A stretch of DNA of 56,520 bases, from assembly GCA_011174845.1 (NCBI GenBank), contig DUEW01000015.1, forward strand, positions 1-56,520, read 5' to 3'. Under the pieces are notes generated by a model that saw nothing but the letters and a program-made list of their open reading frames with translations, was not told the origin of the DNA and ran no database searches. The position numbers were made by a program, and so were the translations under genes. Below, piece after piece: positions 27,562 through 37,700 of the stretch. The stretch is from Anaerolineae bacterium. GTDB lineage: Bacteria > Chloroflexota > Anaerolineae > Anaerolineales > E44-bin32. Position 1 is the stretch's first letter. Every line of letters starts with the position of its first letter.

Positions 27562-29156
27562 GCTTGGCTCCAGGCGGATGACTCGAACCGCCAATACAAG
27601 TCACCCACGTGGACATAGTAAGGTTGGGTCACTAATTCAGCAAATACCGTCGCCGGGGGGAGGCGTTGAATCACGTTCAGCCCAGAGTATAGCGACTGGG
27701 CATGGACGGCACTTTGGGGTGTAAGCTTTGCCAATTCACGAAAGATCTGCGCCACCAAGCGATCGATAGGCATCTGTCGCTGTTTACCTCGTAACCAAGC
27801 CTCATCCAACGCCACAGGATCTATCACGCCGACAACCATTCGATCATCATAGGCGGTACCGATCGATTGTTTAAGCATTGTAAAACCAACGACCCCTTCT
27901 TCGCTGATCGTTACCGTTCTGATCCAATCGTTACGTCGACTGCGATCTTTTGTCTCTACGATCACCTTCCCTTCTTCTTTTCCCCGACGGATTCTGACCA
28001 ATCCCCCCGTTGGCACATCGTAGCGCTTGTACCAATCCTCCAGACCCATGACATAACCGGCTTGGCGAACAACCCATCCGGGGAATTCGTCTCCGCTATG
28101 TCCATCTACCAAGATGAAACGGATCCGTGGTGCTTCGTATGCTGTAGGGAACATCGGTTTCAAGCGGTAAGAGAGCGGAAGAGCCCCCACGCGCCAATGA
28201 GGGTAGAGCAAGGAAATGGTTACATCTTCAAGCGCCCCTTCCAATGGTTCCAGTGGACTGAGTTCATCATCAAGTGATCGTTCAAGTGCTATCAAATCCT
28301 CGGTCAGGACAGTACGATCAACAGGGGTAGTCACAGGTTCTAGCCGTGGAGGTGGCAATAGTACCTCCGGTGGTTCGAGCCGCTTAAGGTACCAGAGCAC
28401 TTGCCCTGCTGGACCAACCTCATCAAAACGATCATCCTCCTGAAGGGCATAATCCAATGAGAAAGCCATCAAGAGAGGATCGATTCCGGAGGGTAATTCG
28501 ATGTGTTCAAGCAGATTTGAGGTAGGTAACGGGCCCCCACCTGCTACATCTAATACCGCCTCTGCGAGATTCAAATGACCTTCATGAATATCTGCTAAGA
28601 GAGCCTTGGGGAACCACGAGCCGGCTATCCGAACTATGTCTTCCGCACGTTCGAGACGCTTGATCAATCGATCTTCAATCAAGCGCCCGTATCTGCTAAT
28701 GACCCCTTCTACACTGTTAAGCTCTTCCTCATCCAGTTCGGGTTCAGGAGGATTATTGAGGACATGATCCACAAGTCTCGCGGCGAATTCTTTCTGTTGG
28801 CCGGTTTCTTCAAACTCTACCTTGATCACATCAAAGGAGCTGATTTCAGGGTTATCTCCATCTCGTACCCCAACAACAGAGCCGACAGCATTGCCCAACG
28901 CAGGGAACAGGATTTTTTGACCTACCTCGTATCCAGCCAACGGTAGGTAAATCATATAGTCGAGATCAACCGCTTCTTGCGCTTCTTTTTCAAGACGTTC
29001 AAGACAGAATTCGACTAAAGCTGCTGACATCTCTTCAGTGGTCAGAGGGACCTCGCGCTCCAACAGCAAGTTATAGATGAAATCGAGACCCTCATCGGAG
29101 ACGTCAAATTCCATCCAGTATGCCTCGTAGGAAAAGGTAGGAGCGGAAATCATCAC
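27558..29156 (-). CDS. Hypothetical protein (532 aa), acidic and Pro/Glu-rich in the middle
   Basis: A long clean ORF with no catalytic motif I recognise. The N-terminal LDFIYNLLLEREVPLTTEEMSAALVEF is again HARE-HTH-like by eye. Confidence 0.7.
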   Translation of the reverse strand: MMISAPTFSYEAYWMEFDVSDEGLDFIYNLLLEREVPLTTEEMSAALVEFCLERLEKEAQEAVDLDYMIYLPLAGYEVGQKILFPALGNAVGSVVGVRDGDNPEISSFDVIKVEFEETGQQKEFAARLVDHVLNNPPEPELDEEELNSVEGVISRYGRLIEDRLIKRLERAEDIVRIAGSWFPKALLADIHEGHLNLAEAVLDVAGGGPLPTSNLLEHIELPSGIDPLLMAFSLDYALQEDDRFDEVGPAGQVLWYLKRLEPPEVLLPPPRLEPVTTPVDRTVLTEDLIALERSLDDELSPLEPLEGALEDVTISLLYPHWRVGALPLSYRLKPMFPTAYEAPRIRFILVDGHSGDEFPGWVVRQAGYVMGLEDWYKRYDVPTGGLVRIRRGKEEGKVIVETKDRSRRNDWIRTVTISEEGVVGFTMLKQSIGTAYDDRMVVGVIDPVALDEAWLRGKQRQMPIDRLVAQIFRELAKLTPQSAVHAQSLYSGLNVIQRLPPATVFAELVTQPYYVHVGDLYWRFESSAWSQA

Positions 29157-29221
29157 GATGGATCAGCCTATCTAGGGGAATTGCTTCGCCATTATACTAT
29201 AAGCACAGCCAAGGAGGCATC

Positions 29222-29485
29222 ATGGATGAAGAAATCGTCGTCGTTGAAACGACCTCCGGTATGATGGAAGCCGAGATCCTACGCGGCTTGTTGGAGGCTC
29301 AAGACATCACGGTTTGGCTTTTACAAGAATCAGCCGGCAGGGCGATCGGACTTGGTGTTGGACCTCTCGGGCAAGTTGATCTGATGGTTCCGGCGGATCA
29401 AGCTGCAGAAGCCACGAGGATTTTGGATGACTATTACGCCGGACGTCTTATGGAGCAAGACGATCAATCACCTGAAGAATCGTGA
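29222..29485 (+). CDS. DUF2007-like small protein (putative signal-transducing fold)
   Basis: 87 aa. The AAGGAGG RBS ends 5 nt before the ATG (spacer catc). The pattern EAEILRGLLEAQDI ... DLMVPADQAAEATRIL is typical of DUF2007. Confidence 0.65.
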   Translation: MDEEIVVVETTSGMMEAEILRGLLEAQDITVWLLQESAGRAIGLGVGPLGQVDLMVPADQAAEATRILDDYYAGRLMEQDDQSPEES

Positions 29486-29614
29486 TGGGAGATGCTCAGA
29501 CCTCAACAAATGAAGCGAAATGAATTCCCCTTTATCCTCTATCGATCTCCTTGTGAGCGATTTCCAATTTAGGACGTTAAGAAGATGCTTTCCTCCTGGT
29601 ACCTTACCATGTGG

Positions 29615-31015
29615 TTATGGAAAACCCACCTCCACCCATTCCAACGGATCGACCGGCACACCTCCTGCCCAAATTTCCCAATGCATATGAGGTCCAGTTG
29701 ATCGGCCCGTTCCACCAACCTCTCCGATCACCTGCCCAGTTTCGACCCAGTCCCCTACCTGAACAAAGATCTTTGACTGATGGAAATATCCGCTATATAC
29801 CCCCCAGCCATGGTCAATATAGGTCACATTCCCCCGAACGATCAACGAACCAGCAAACACTACCCGACCGGGTGCGGAAGCTAGAATTGGCAAGCCGGTA
29901 CTGCCATACAGATCTAGACCAGTGTGGTAAAAGTTATAGGCGCCCCAGTTGTAACTGCGCCGAGTTCCAAAGATGGAGACAAAACTCTCCGTATAATAAT
30001 CCGATGGAAATTGGAAAGGACCCTCCCAAAATCTTTCTTCTGTAGCCTCTGCTAACATACTCTCGACAAGAACTTGTTCCGGCTCCGTAATTTCGGGATC
30101 GATCGTTTCCGGCGGAACGCCATTTATATTCTCAAATCCATACCCGCCATCAAGTACACGAATGGGTTGTGAAAAGGCGTAGATCAGTTCTCCGCCTTCG
30201 GCGGAATAAAGGTTAAGCTCACATCTGTACAGATCCGGGTCCTGCATGGCGTGGATGCCCTGCAGCGCGACATAATCCCTCTCATCGAGTGGGAAGAAGT
30301 TCAATCTCCGGTCACCTAGACGACCGTCTACCCAGCCCGGTCCGTTTAGTGCAATACGAAAAACCACCGTTCGTCCTTGCACCGCTAGTAACGGGTCAAT
30401 CGTGACTTCAGCGTAGGGAAAAGGCAAAGCTCCCGACCACCCATCAGCCTCCGGCGACACAACCGGCACACCAGGCACAATCCAAAGTTTGATGTCCTCT
30501 CTGCCAAAAGTGCTCAATGACCAAGGGCTGATGCCTGAACGTACCGCCATTTCTAGTTTGCTTTCACCAAGCCGGGGTAAATGCAGCGAAACATTGGGCA
30601 CATTCGAAGCAGACTCTTCTTTTTCGGGCACGATTAATGGTTGACCAACATATAACTGACCGGGGCTGACCAGACGATTGAGGCGAGCGAGCGCGTCCAT
30701 CGGAACCGCGAAACGCAAACTAAGACTTGCAAGATTCTCCCCATAACCCACACTGTGAAAAGCTAACACTCCCGAGATGCTCTCGAAACCTGGGATGATT
30801 AATTCCATCCCGGGGATTAATATGGAAGGATCTTCGATGTCATTTGCGTCTGCTAAGGCCTCAACCGTGGTGCCAAAGACGTTTGCGATGTACGTCAATG
30901 TGTCGCCAGGCTGTACGATGTAGATCGGCCCAGATTCCTGAGCGACGACAGACGAGTTAGGGATCGCAAAAGTAACAATGATCAATACGATGAGGATCCT
31001 AGCTCCAAATTTCAT
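29615..31015 (-). CDS. Secreted LysM-domain M23 family peptidoglycan endopeptidase
   Basis: Two LysM-like repeats (YIVQPGDTLTYIANVFGTTVEALADANDI; HSVGYGENLASLSLRFAVPMDALARLN). M23 motifs HTGLDL and GPHMHWEI. The start is set at MKFGARILIVLII (ATG at 31015), a signal peptide behind a GGAG RBS. Confidence 0.9.
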   Translation of the reverse strand: MKFGARILIVLIIVTFAIPNSSVVAQESGPIYIVQPGDTLTYIANVFGTTVEALADANDIEDPSILIPGMELIIPGFESISGVLAFHSVGYGENLASLSLRFAVPMDALARLNRLVSPGQLYVGQPLIVPEKEESASNVPNVSLHLPRLGESKLEMAVRSGISPWSLSTFGREDIKLWIVPGVPVVSPEADGWSGALPFPYAEVTIDPLLAVQGRTVVFRIALNGPGWVDGRLGDRRLNFFPLDERDYVALQGIHAMQDPDLYRCELNLYSAEGGELIYAFSQPIRVLDGGYGFENINGVPPETIDPEITEPEQVLVESMLAEATEERFWEGPFQFPSDYYTESFVSIFGTRRSYNWGAYNFYHTGLDLYGSTGLPILASAPGRVVFAGSLIVRGNVTYIDHGWGVYSGYFHQSKIFVQVGDWVETGQVIGEVGGTGRSTGPHMHWEIWAGGVPVDPLEWVEVGFP

Positions 31016-31449
31016 TTCCGATCTCCATAAACCGCCTACCACGCCCATCCGGATAAAAGACATTTTTCTTCCAAAACCGTCCCCTTGTATGTTCATCCTT
31101 TTGTTTCTTCATCGATCGTGTAATTATACATTCCAAATCCTTCCTCAGTATTTCATCCCCGCCTCGCGAGTTAAATCTTCTGCTGGGACAGATTACTGGG
31201 TATGTTCTTCAGATCCCTTCTCCGCCACGGGGAGAGGGATGATATCTAACGGCTCCGAAATTAAAGCCCCCTTTACCTATCTCCCTCGGAATAGGGAATT
31301 CGCCCGCCTTCTCTGACTCATAGGGAAAACTGTAGAGCGAGATGAATGATCCCAATATTCCGAAATAAGGATCGATTACTCAACGATCTTCGGCAGGATG
31401 ACCGTTCAATGGGTGGCAATCTGCCATAGCTGATTATTCACATAGAGCT

Positions 31450-31481
31450 GTTAAAAGAAAATCGGGTGACCGAGGTCACCC
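31450..31481 (-). terminator. Rho-independent terminator downstream of the response regulator gene
   Basis: On the minus strand, a gggtgacc/ggtcaccc GC-rich hairpin is followed by GATTTTCTTTT. Confidence 0.5.
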
Positions 31482-31504
31482 TAAATAAGTATGTCATCCT
31501 CCTG

Positions 31505-31891
31505 TTAATCCACTGGTCCGATGATCTTTTCCACGCTCTCCAGCAATTCCTGGGGGCCGAAGGGTTTTGTGATGTAATCGTCCACTTTTGCGATGTGGAG
31601 ACCCAACACTTTGTCAATCGATTGAGCCTTGGCGGTGACGACGATGACGGGGATTAAGCGCAGTTCAGCATCGGCTTTAATTTGCTGATAGACTTCCCAA
31701 CCGTCCATATCGGGCATCATCAAGTCGAGTAGAATCAGGTCCGGCTTCTCGCGCCGCACGGTTTCCAACCCCTCGATTCCACCATTTGCTCCTATGACAT
31801 CAAAGCCCTTCCGACCGAGAATCAGTCGGACCAGATCGATCATCTCCGGTTCGTCTTCAATGCAAACAACGCGCTTCTGTTCGGTTGCCAT
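31505..31891 (-). CDS. Single-domain response regulator (CheY-like receiver)
   Basis: Motifs: VVCIEDEPEM, DLILLDLMMPDMDGWEV, IPVIVVTAK. The start is set at MATEQKR (ATG at 31891), behind a GGAGG RBS. Confidence 0.85.
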   Translation of the reverse strand: MATEQKRVVCIEDEPEMIDLVRLILGRKGFDVIGANGGIEGLETVRREKPDLILLDLMMPDMDGWEVYQQIKADAELRLIPVIVVTAKAQSIDKVLGLHIAKVDDYITKPFGPQELLESVEKIIGPVD

Positions 31892-32061
31892 TAGGCCTCC
31901 CCCAAGACGAAGAAATGCCCCCCGTAGTGTATCACAACCCCCCGACGATGCAACGCACCACATTTCCTACTCGAATGATGCAAGTTGACTGCCAGTGTGA
32001 CAGTAAGTGCGGGCGCAAAATGCTCAAATTGTACATTTGAGGCGTCACTACAGGGTCTGGC

Positions 32062-32667
32062 CTATGGCCAAACATGATAGAAATCTTGCGGAAGGACATC
32101 GCTGCCGGGATCTAGGTAGCCAGCTGCAAATATCGCCTGCGCTAGAGGTATCCCGACATAGCGAATGTGCCATGGTTCATGAATATATTCCGTCACCACG
32201 GGCATCCAACGATTATGGTACGGCCAGATGTCGAAAGTTTTATATGGATAGCTGATGACAAATCCATAACGGTGTGCGTTGTCAACTAACCATGTGTAGA
32301 GTTGTGTATTACGCACATCATGGATTCCCAAAGCCACGCCGGGCCAAGCAACATCCATCGCAGTGCCCAATTGATGTTCGCTGTATCCTGGGCGAGTTGC
32401 ATAAAGCAGAGCCTGATCCCCCCTCTCGATAATCTCACGAGCATACACTTGTGCTTGATAACCGTAAGATCGATATCCGGAGAATAGGATGATTTCTATC
32501 CCCTCCATGCTTGCGGCTGTCTGTAATGCCTCCCATGCCGCAAGTGTCTCGTCCTGCAAACCGGGGTCGTACCAAGCAGGCAAACCGTGCTCGGAGTCAA
32601 CGAGGGTGTCTAGTGGTGCCCCAAAAAGTAACAAAAGGGCTATGTAAAGCTGGAGAAGGACACTCAC
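32062..32667 (-). CDS. M15 family D-alanyl-D-alanine carboxypeptidase (VanY-like)
   Basis: 201 aa with a signal-like N-terminus. Motifs: SGYRSY, SEHQLGTAMD, EPWHIRYVG. Confidence 0.8.
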   Translation of the reverse strand: MSVLLQLYIALLLLFGAPLDTLVDSEHGLPAWYDPGLQDETLAAWEALQTAASMEGIEIILFSGYRSYGYQAQVYAREIIERGDQALLYATRPGYSEHQLGTAMDVAWPGVALGIHDVRNTQLYTWLVDNAHRYGFVISYPYKTFDIWPYHNRWMPVVTEYIHEPWHIRYVGIPLAQAIFAAGYLDPGSDVLPQDFYHVWP

Positions 32668-32869
32668 GGATATCCCTGTTTTTCAAAGGTTAGTTCAAAA
32701 AGAAGTCTACACTTCTCCGGCCTACAGTCAAAGGGATTTTAAAAGGAAGCGCTGTAAGGTGACTGTAACGTCGCTGTAAGCCCTGTGTAACGTGGCAGGA
32801 GTCGATATCATGATAGTATGGATGCAACAAACGGGTGCCAACATTAAACCCGACAATAGGTGAAATGGA

Positions 32870-33103
32870 ATGGCAACAAGAACAGCACCACATCGCAAAT
32901 CAACGATCGAAGAAGCGCTAGACATCGCAGTCGAAGCGGTTAATCGTGGGGAATTGGGAAAGGGAAAAGCCGCTTTAAGCTGGATTCTCGAGCAAGATCC
33001 CAACAACACAACTGCATGGCTTTGGATGGCATGTTGTGTTACAGATGATGTCACGAAGCAGGACTGCTATCAAAAAGTTTCAACGATCGTGTCTCAAAGA
33101 TAA
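32870..33103 (+). CDS. Small hypothetical protein (77 aa, TPR-like helix pair)
   Basis: An AGGTGA RBS lies upstream. ALSWILEQDPNNTTAWLWMACC resembles a single TPR unit. Confidence 0.5.
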   Translation: MATRTAPHRKSTIEEALDIAVEAVNRGELGKGKAALSWILEQDPNNTTAWLWMACCVTDDVTKQDCYQKVSTIVSQR

Positions 33104-33152
33104 GTACCTAGGATTACTTGGTCGTAAGCGTAATCTACCTGATTGTAACAAG

Positions 33153-33188
33153 ACCTCCTAGCAAGACGTGCACGCTGGGAGGTTTCTT
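33153..33188 (+). terminator. Hairpin terminator between convergent genes
   Basis: A 10-bp stem acctcctagc/gctgggaggt (one G-U pair) with an 11-nt loop, followed by TTTCTT. Confidence 0.45.
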
Positions 33189-33201
33189 AATTCTCTAACC
33201 T

Positions 33202-34050
33202 TCATGGAATAACAACTGACCTTCCAGGAATCTTGACACGAATTCGATATAGGGAAGTGCGAGCAGTGATATAGAGTGACTTCCTATCTTCATCACCCCA
33301 GGCGCAGTTCGCCGGGCGCTCTGGCGTGACGATCACCCCTAAGAAAGTGCCATCAGTCTCAAAGATCCAGATTCCTGTCGCACCAGCTACGTATAAATGA
33401 CCTTCGATATCGATCTTCATCCCGTCAGGTGAACCTGGCTGGGGATGGTCCATATCCGCGATGATGCGCGAGTTTGATAAGCCTCCTTCAGGATTTACAT
33501 CAAATCCCCGGACATGACGACGTCGAGAATCGTCCACATAAAGAATGCTTTCGTCAACCGAGAAAGCCAACCCATTGGGACGGATGAAATCATCCCTGAG
33601 GAGCTCAACGGTACCATCTAACAAGATTCGGTAGAGTCCATTGTAGGGTTGTTCTTGCTCTTCAGGTTGAATACCGTAAGGAGGGTCGGTGAAATAAACC
33701 GTGCCATCTGATTTAACAACGACATCATTCGGGCTATTCAGTCGCTGTCCATCATAACGATCAGCGAGCGTACTTACGCTACTGTCAGTTTCAATTCGGG
33801 AAATTTGACGATTGCCATGTTCACAAATGATCAAGCGGTTCTGGGTATCAAGAGTTAATCCATTCGAATGACCGCTGGGTTCCCGCCAAACTACAACCCC
33901 CTCATCCGAAGTCCAGCGATAAATTCGATTGGCCGGGATATCCGAGAAAAGTAAAGCGCCTTCGGGCAACCAGAGCGGTCCTTCGGTAAATTCAAACCCT
34001 GAGGCAATTAATTCTGGATCCCCTGGCTCGATAAGATCGTTTAATTTCAT
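33202..34050 (-). CDS. SMP-30/gluconolactonase/LRE family protein
   Basis: 282 aa. A six-bladed propeller pattern: FTEGPLW, NGLTLD, NSPNDVVV, YFTDP, PNGLAFS, PDGMKID. Confidence 0.85.
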   Translation of the reverse strand: MKLNDLIEPGDPELIASGFEFTEGPLWLPEGALLFSDIPANRIYRWTSDEGVVVWREPSGHSNGLTLDTQNRLIICEHGNRQISRIETDSSVSTLADRYDGQRLNSPNDVVVKSDGTVYFTDPPYGIQPEEQEQPYNGLYRILLDGTVELLRDDFIRPNGLAFSVDESILYVDDSRRRHVRGFDVNPEGGLSNSRIIADMDHPQPGSPDGMKIDIEGHLYVAGATGIWIFETDGTFLGVIVTPERPANCAWGDEDRKSLYITARTSLYRIRVKIPGRSVVIP

Positions 34051-34419
34051 GCTGCTCTCCCATAAAGTTAGAACTTTAGGAACTAAGATGCTCGATCGAG
34101 CAGGAATATATTCGAGGAAACTGGTACGCTTCTGTTAACATGCGTGCACAATAAACCCTATAATCATAACAAAACCCCTTCATGATCAAAATAAAGGCAC
34201 AATGGTTTCTGCAATCCCGAAGGGGTTATCTTGCTTCTATCCACGTCGGATAAACTGCGCCTTATGGGATCTCACTTACCTCCTTCTTCAAAGCGTTCTA
34301 CACAACTTGTGAGCAAACGATTGTATCGGTCCTGAAAACCGCCCAAGCGAACCAGAAATGCCCGCTTACAACGATCACTTCGAGTCTCTGACCAGCCAAG
34401 AGTCCGTCAATCGCCTCAT

Positions 34420-35883
34420 CTAGCTGTCTTGATGTTCTCCACAACCCAATCGCCAAACTCGATGATCTCGAGCCATGAACGCATGGGCCTCTAGAGGTCC
34501 CCAACTCCCTGGAGAATATTGGACGAGAGGTGACGCCTCAGGTGAGTGCTCCCAACCTGTTATTACGGGATCAACAAGCCTCCACGCGAGTTCGATCTCA
34601 TCGCTTCGTGTGAATAATGAGGCGTCTCCATTTATGGCATCTAATAATAAACGTTGGTAAGCATCCGGGAGAGCCTCGCCTCGAAATGTGGTGCGGTAGT
34701 GGAATTCCATATCGACGGACCTTGTCTCCTGCAAGGAGCCGGGGACTTTGGTTTCAAATCGAAGATGGATCCCTTCATCGGGTTGGATACATAAGGAGAG
34801 GTAATTGGGAGTGAGTTCATAGTCCTCTGGCAATTCAAGCATCACATGGGGCGGTGCCTCGAACTCGATTACAATTTCACTCGTTTTCGTACCCAACGCT
34901 TTTCCTGAACGCAAGTAAAAGGGTACTCCTTGCCAACGCCAATTGTCGATATACAACTTGAGTGCTGCATACGTCGGCGTTTGAGAACCGGGAGCAACTC
35001 CCTCGGTTTCATAATAACCGTCATACTGAGCTCGGATGGTATCATCAAGCGCGATGGTTCTTACGGAACGTAATACCTTTACCTTTTCATTCCTCACCGC
35101 ATCTGCATCAAAAGACGCCGGTGGTTCCATAGCCACTAGTGTGAGAAGCTGCAGCAAATGGTTTTGGAACATATCACGTACGATTCCGGCCTTATCGTAA
35201 TAATCCGCACGATGTCCGACGTCGAGGTCTTCCGCAACGGTGATCTGGACATGGTCGATGAAATTCCGATTCCAAATCGGCTCAAAGATTGTGTTTAGAA
35301 AACGGAAATAGAGGATATTTTGGGCTGTATCCTTACCGAGATAGTGATCGATTCGGTAGACTTGGTGTTCGTCAAAAACTGTGTGAATGGAAGAATTCAA
35401 ATCAATGGCTGAGTTTAGATCATGACCAAAAGGTTTCTCCACAATGATCCGCCGCCAACCTCCCTCTTCCTTTGCCATGCCCATTTCCCCCAAGTGATTG
35501 ACGATCATTGGGAAAAAATAAGGAGTTGTGGCAAGGTAGTAGAGACGATTGCAGAATCCACCCTCCTTCTCATTAAGGAATGTACGCAGTGTCTCAAAAT
35601 CCTGCTTTTCATTTAGGTCTCCGCGCACATACCAAACTCTGCCAGAAAAATCCTTCCAATCCGTGATCTCCGGCACAACCCCAGCGAGCTCCTGCATGCC
35701 CTCAAACAGCAATTGACGAAACTCATCATTCGAATAAGGACGACGGGAGAAGCCAACGATATGAATCGGTTCCCCCAACCGACCCTTGATGTATTGATTG
35801 AATAATGCCGGTACCAGCTTCCGTCTTGTCAAATCACCCGATGCCCCAAAGATAACAAAACTCGTAGGACATTTCCTTTCCAT
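34420..35883 (-). CDS. zwf: Glucose-6-phosphate 1-dehydrogenase
   Basis: Motifs: FVIFGASGDLTRRKL, RIDHYLGK, EKPFG. Confidence 0.95.
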   Translation of the reverse strand: MERKCPTSFVIFGASGDLTRRKLVPALFNQYIKGRLGEPIHIVGFSRRPYSNDEFRQLLFEGMQELAGVVPEITDWKDFSGRVWYVRGDLNEKQDFETLRTFLNEKEGGFCNRLYYLATTPYFFPMIVNHLGEMGMAKEEGGWRRIIVEKPFGHDLNSAIDLNSSIHTVFDEHQVYRIDHYLGKDTAQNILYFRFLNTIFEPIWNRNFIDHVQITVAEDLDVGHRADYYDKAGIVRDMFQNHLLQLLTLVAMEPPASFDADAVRNEKVKVLRSVRTIALDDTIRAQYDGYYETEGVAPGSQTPTYAALKLYIDNWRWQGVPFYLRSGKALGTKTSEIVIEFEAPPHVMLELPEDYELTPNYLSLCIQPDEGIHLRFETKVPGSLQETRSVDMEFHYRTTFRGEALPDAYQRLLLDAINGDASLFTRSDEIELAWRLVDPVITGWEHSPEASPLVQYSPGSWGPLEAHAFMARDHRVWRLGCGEHQDS

Positions 35884-35953
35884 ATCAATCGATCCCTTTC
35901 CTATGCCGACGCAGCTAATATGATCGTTGACAAATCGGCTGAGCTTCCCATGA

Positions 35954-36874
35954 TTATGATGATGACTCAGATGATGGTTTCACTGCGTGACCACCAAATT
36001 GTTGTCGCATCGCTGCAAGCAATTTCGCAGCGTAACTATCTTCCTGACGACTAACAAAACGCATGAGCAACGAAAGGGTGATCACCGGCGCTGGTACATC
36101 CAAATCGATAGCATCCGCCACCGTCCATCGCCCTTCACCGCTATCAGCCACCCACCCCTGAATATCAGTCAAATCCTGATCCTCCTTTAGCGCCTCAGAG
36201 GTCAGGTCTAGCAACCAAGAGCGGACCACACTTCCGTATCGCCAAATCTCTGCGATCTGACGTAAATCGAGGTTGAAATCCTGTTTGGATTTCATAATTT
36301 CGAAACCTTCAGCATACGCCTGCATTAATCCATATTCGATGCCATTGTGAACCATCTTGACAAAGTGACCGGCACCGCTCGGGCCGACGTGTCCCCAGCC
36401 ACGATCGGGACCGGGTGCAAGGGTCTCGAAGATCGGTCGAAGGCGTGCGACGACTTCCGAACCCCCACCGACCATCATGCTGTAGCCCTCGGTCAGTCCC
36501 CATACCCCACCGCTGGTACCCACATCAACCAGATTTAAACCACGCTCTTTGAGCTCTGAAGCTCTCCGCATGGTGTCCTTATAATTGCTATTTCCTCCAT
36601 CGATTACGGTGTCCCCAGGCGAAAGCAGTTCTTCAATAGTATTAATGAACGTCTCCGTCGGATCCCCCGCCGGCAACATACTCCAGACCGCTCGCGGCAT
36701 CGATAATTTGGATACAAGCTCCTCCAGCGACTCGGATCCAACGGCTCCGGCTGCAACGGCTTTTTCAACCTTGAGTGGGTTGCGGTTGAAGACGACGATC
36801 CGATGTCCACCTCCCAATAGCCGAACGGTCATATTGGCCCCCATCTTTCCTAAACCAATTATCCCTAATTCCAT
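35954..36874 (-). CDS. gnd: 6-phosphogluconate dehydrogenase, decarboxylating (short form)
   Basis: 306 aa. Motifs: IIGLGKMGANM, DGGNSNY, GTSGG, KMVHNGIEYG. Confidence 0.9.
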   Translation of the reverse strand: MELGIIGLGKMGANMTVRLLGGGHRIVVFNRNPLKVEKAVAAGAVGSESLEELVSKLSMPRAVWSMLPAGDPTETFINTIEELLSPGDTVIDGGNSNYKDTMRRASELKERGLNLVDVGTSGGVWGLTEGYSMMVGGGSEVVARLRPIFETLAPGPDRGWGHVGPSGAGHFVKMVHNGIEYGLMQAYAEGFEIMKSKQDFNLDLRQIAEIWRYGSVVRSWLLDLTSEALKEDQDLTDIQGWVADSGEGRWTVADAIDLDVPAPVITLSLLMRFVSRQEDSYAAKLLAAMRQQFGGHAVKPSSESSS

Positions 36875-36956
36875 GCGTGCTCTCCTTAGCTTGCTATATG
36901 AGACCCCGAGATCGATTTTGTCACAACCTTCTCAGGGAATACCTCCTCTGTCAAGC

Positions 36957-37700
36957 TTAATCACTTTTTCGCTCTTTGACCATATCCCTCACAGTGTTTA
37001 CAACTTGGTCAGTATCATCGACTGTCCAGCGTGTTTCAAGAAGACCCAGATCGTGAACTCCTTGGCGAGTAAATGGGGTTGTTACAGCCACACACCACAT
37101 CCCTGCAGACAATGCGGATTTAACACCTGAGGGAGAGTCTTCTAAGACCAAACATTCATTGGGAGGTATCCCTAATTCACTGGATACAAGAAGATAGATC
37201 TCCGGATCTGGCTTGCCGTGTTCAACGTCATCACGGATGGCGATAAAATTAAAAGCACTGCCTAAGTCCAGGATGTCCAGCACCCTGTTGGCTTGCTCAC
37301 ATCGTGACATCGTTGCCAAACCCGTCTGGCAGTTCGACCTGCGCGCCTCCTCAAGGACAGCGAGGTTGTGCGGCCACTGATGGGTTCGGATCACCTCAGG
37401 ATCCGCTAACATCTCTTCGTAATGACGCAATCGAAGTTGTACAAAAGCTTGCCAAGGGGAGTTGACCCCAAATTCAGACATCCTCGCTTCCGCCCTCTCT
37501 CTGAGGTTGAATTTTTCAACTAACGCTTCTGAGACCTCACGTCGTGAGAGCCCAACTACGATCTTGAATTCAGCTAGAACCTCTTCTTCGCTGATGTCAT
37601 GAGGACAGAGTTCTAAGGCAGCCTTCGCGTAAGACAGCGCTTTTAATTTCTCCGTTTGCACCAATGTTCCGTCCAAATCAAAAATCATCGCTCTTATCAT
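36957..37700 (-). CDS. HAD-superfamily hydrolase (beta-phosphoglucomutase/phosphatase-like)
   Basis: Motifs: MIFDLDGTLVQTE, GLATMS, GKPDPEIY, LVLEDSPSG. Confidence 0.85.
   Translation of the reverse strand: MIRAMIFDLDGTLVQTEKLKALSYAKAALELCPHDISEEEVLAEFKIVVGLSRREVSEALVEKFNLRERAEARMSEFGVNSPWQAFVQLRLRHYEEMLADPEVIRTHQWPHNLAVLEEARRSNCQTGLATMSRCEQANRVLDILDLGSAFNFIAIRDDVEHGKPDPEIYLLVSSELGIPPNECLVLEDSPSGVKSALSAGMWCVAVTTPFTRQGVHDLGLLETRWTVDDTDQVVNTVRDMVKERKSD

Noticed and set aside
31016-31450. A possible c-di-AMP (ydaO-type) riboswitch in the long 5' leader of the LysM-M23 peptidase gene
   Set aside because: I read the minus-strand leader for the conserved ydaO elements as I recall them (GGGGACCCA, CCGAACCCG.CAGCUAACC..GUAAGCG) and found none. 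Only a CCCTTCTCC/GGAGAGGG hairpin of the repeat family is present. A covariance-model scan would settle this.
36585-37130. A 181-aa + strand ORF spanning the gnd/HAD junction
   Set aside because: It is antisense to two well-supported genes and crosses their intergenic gap. The sequence is low-complexity and Ser/Pro-rich.
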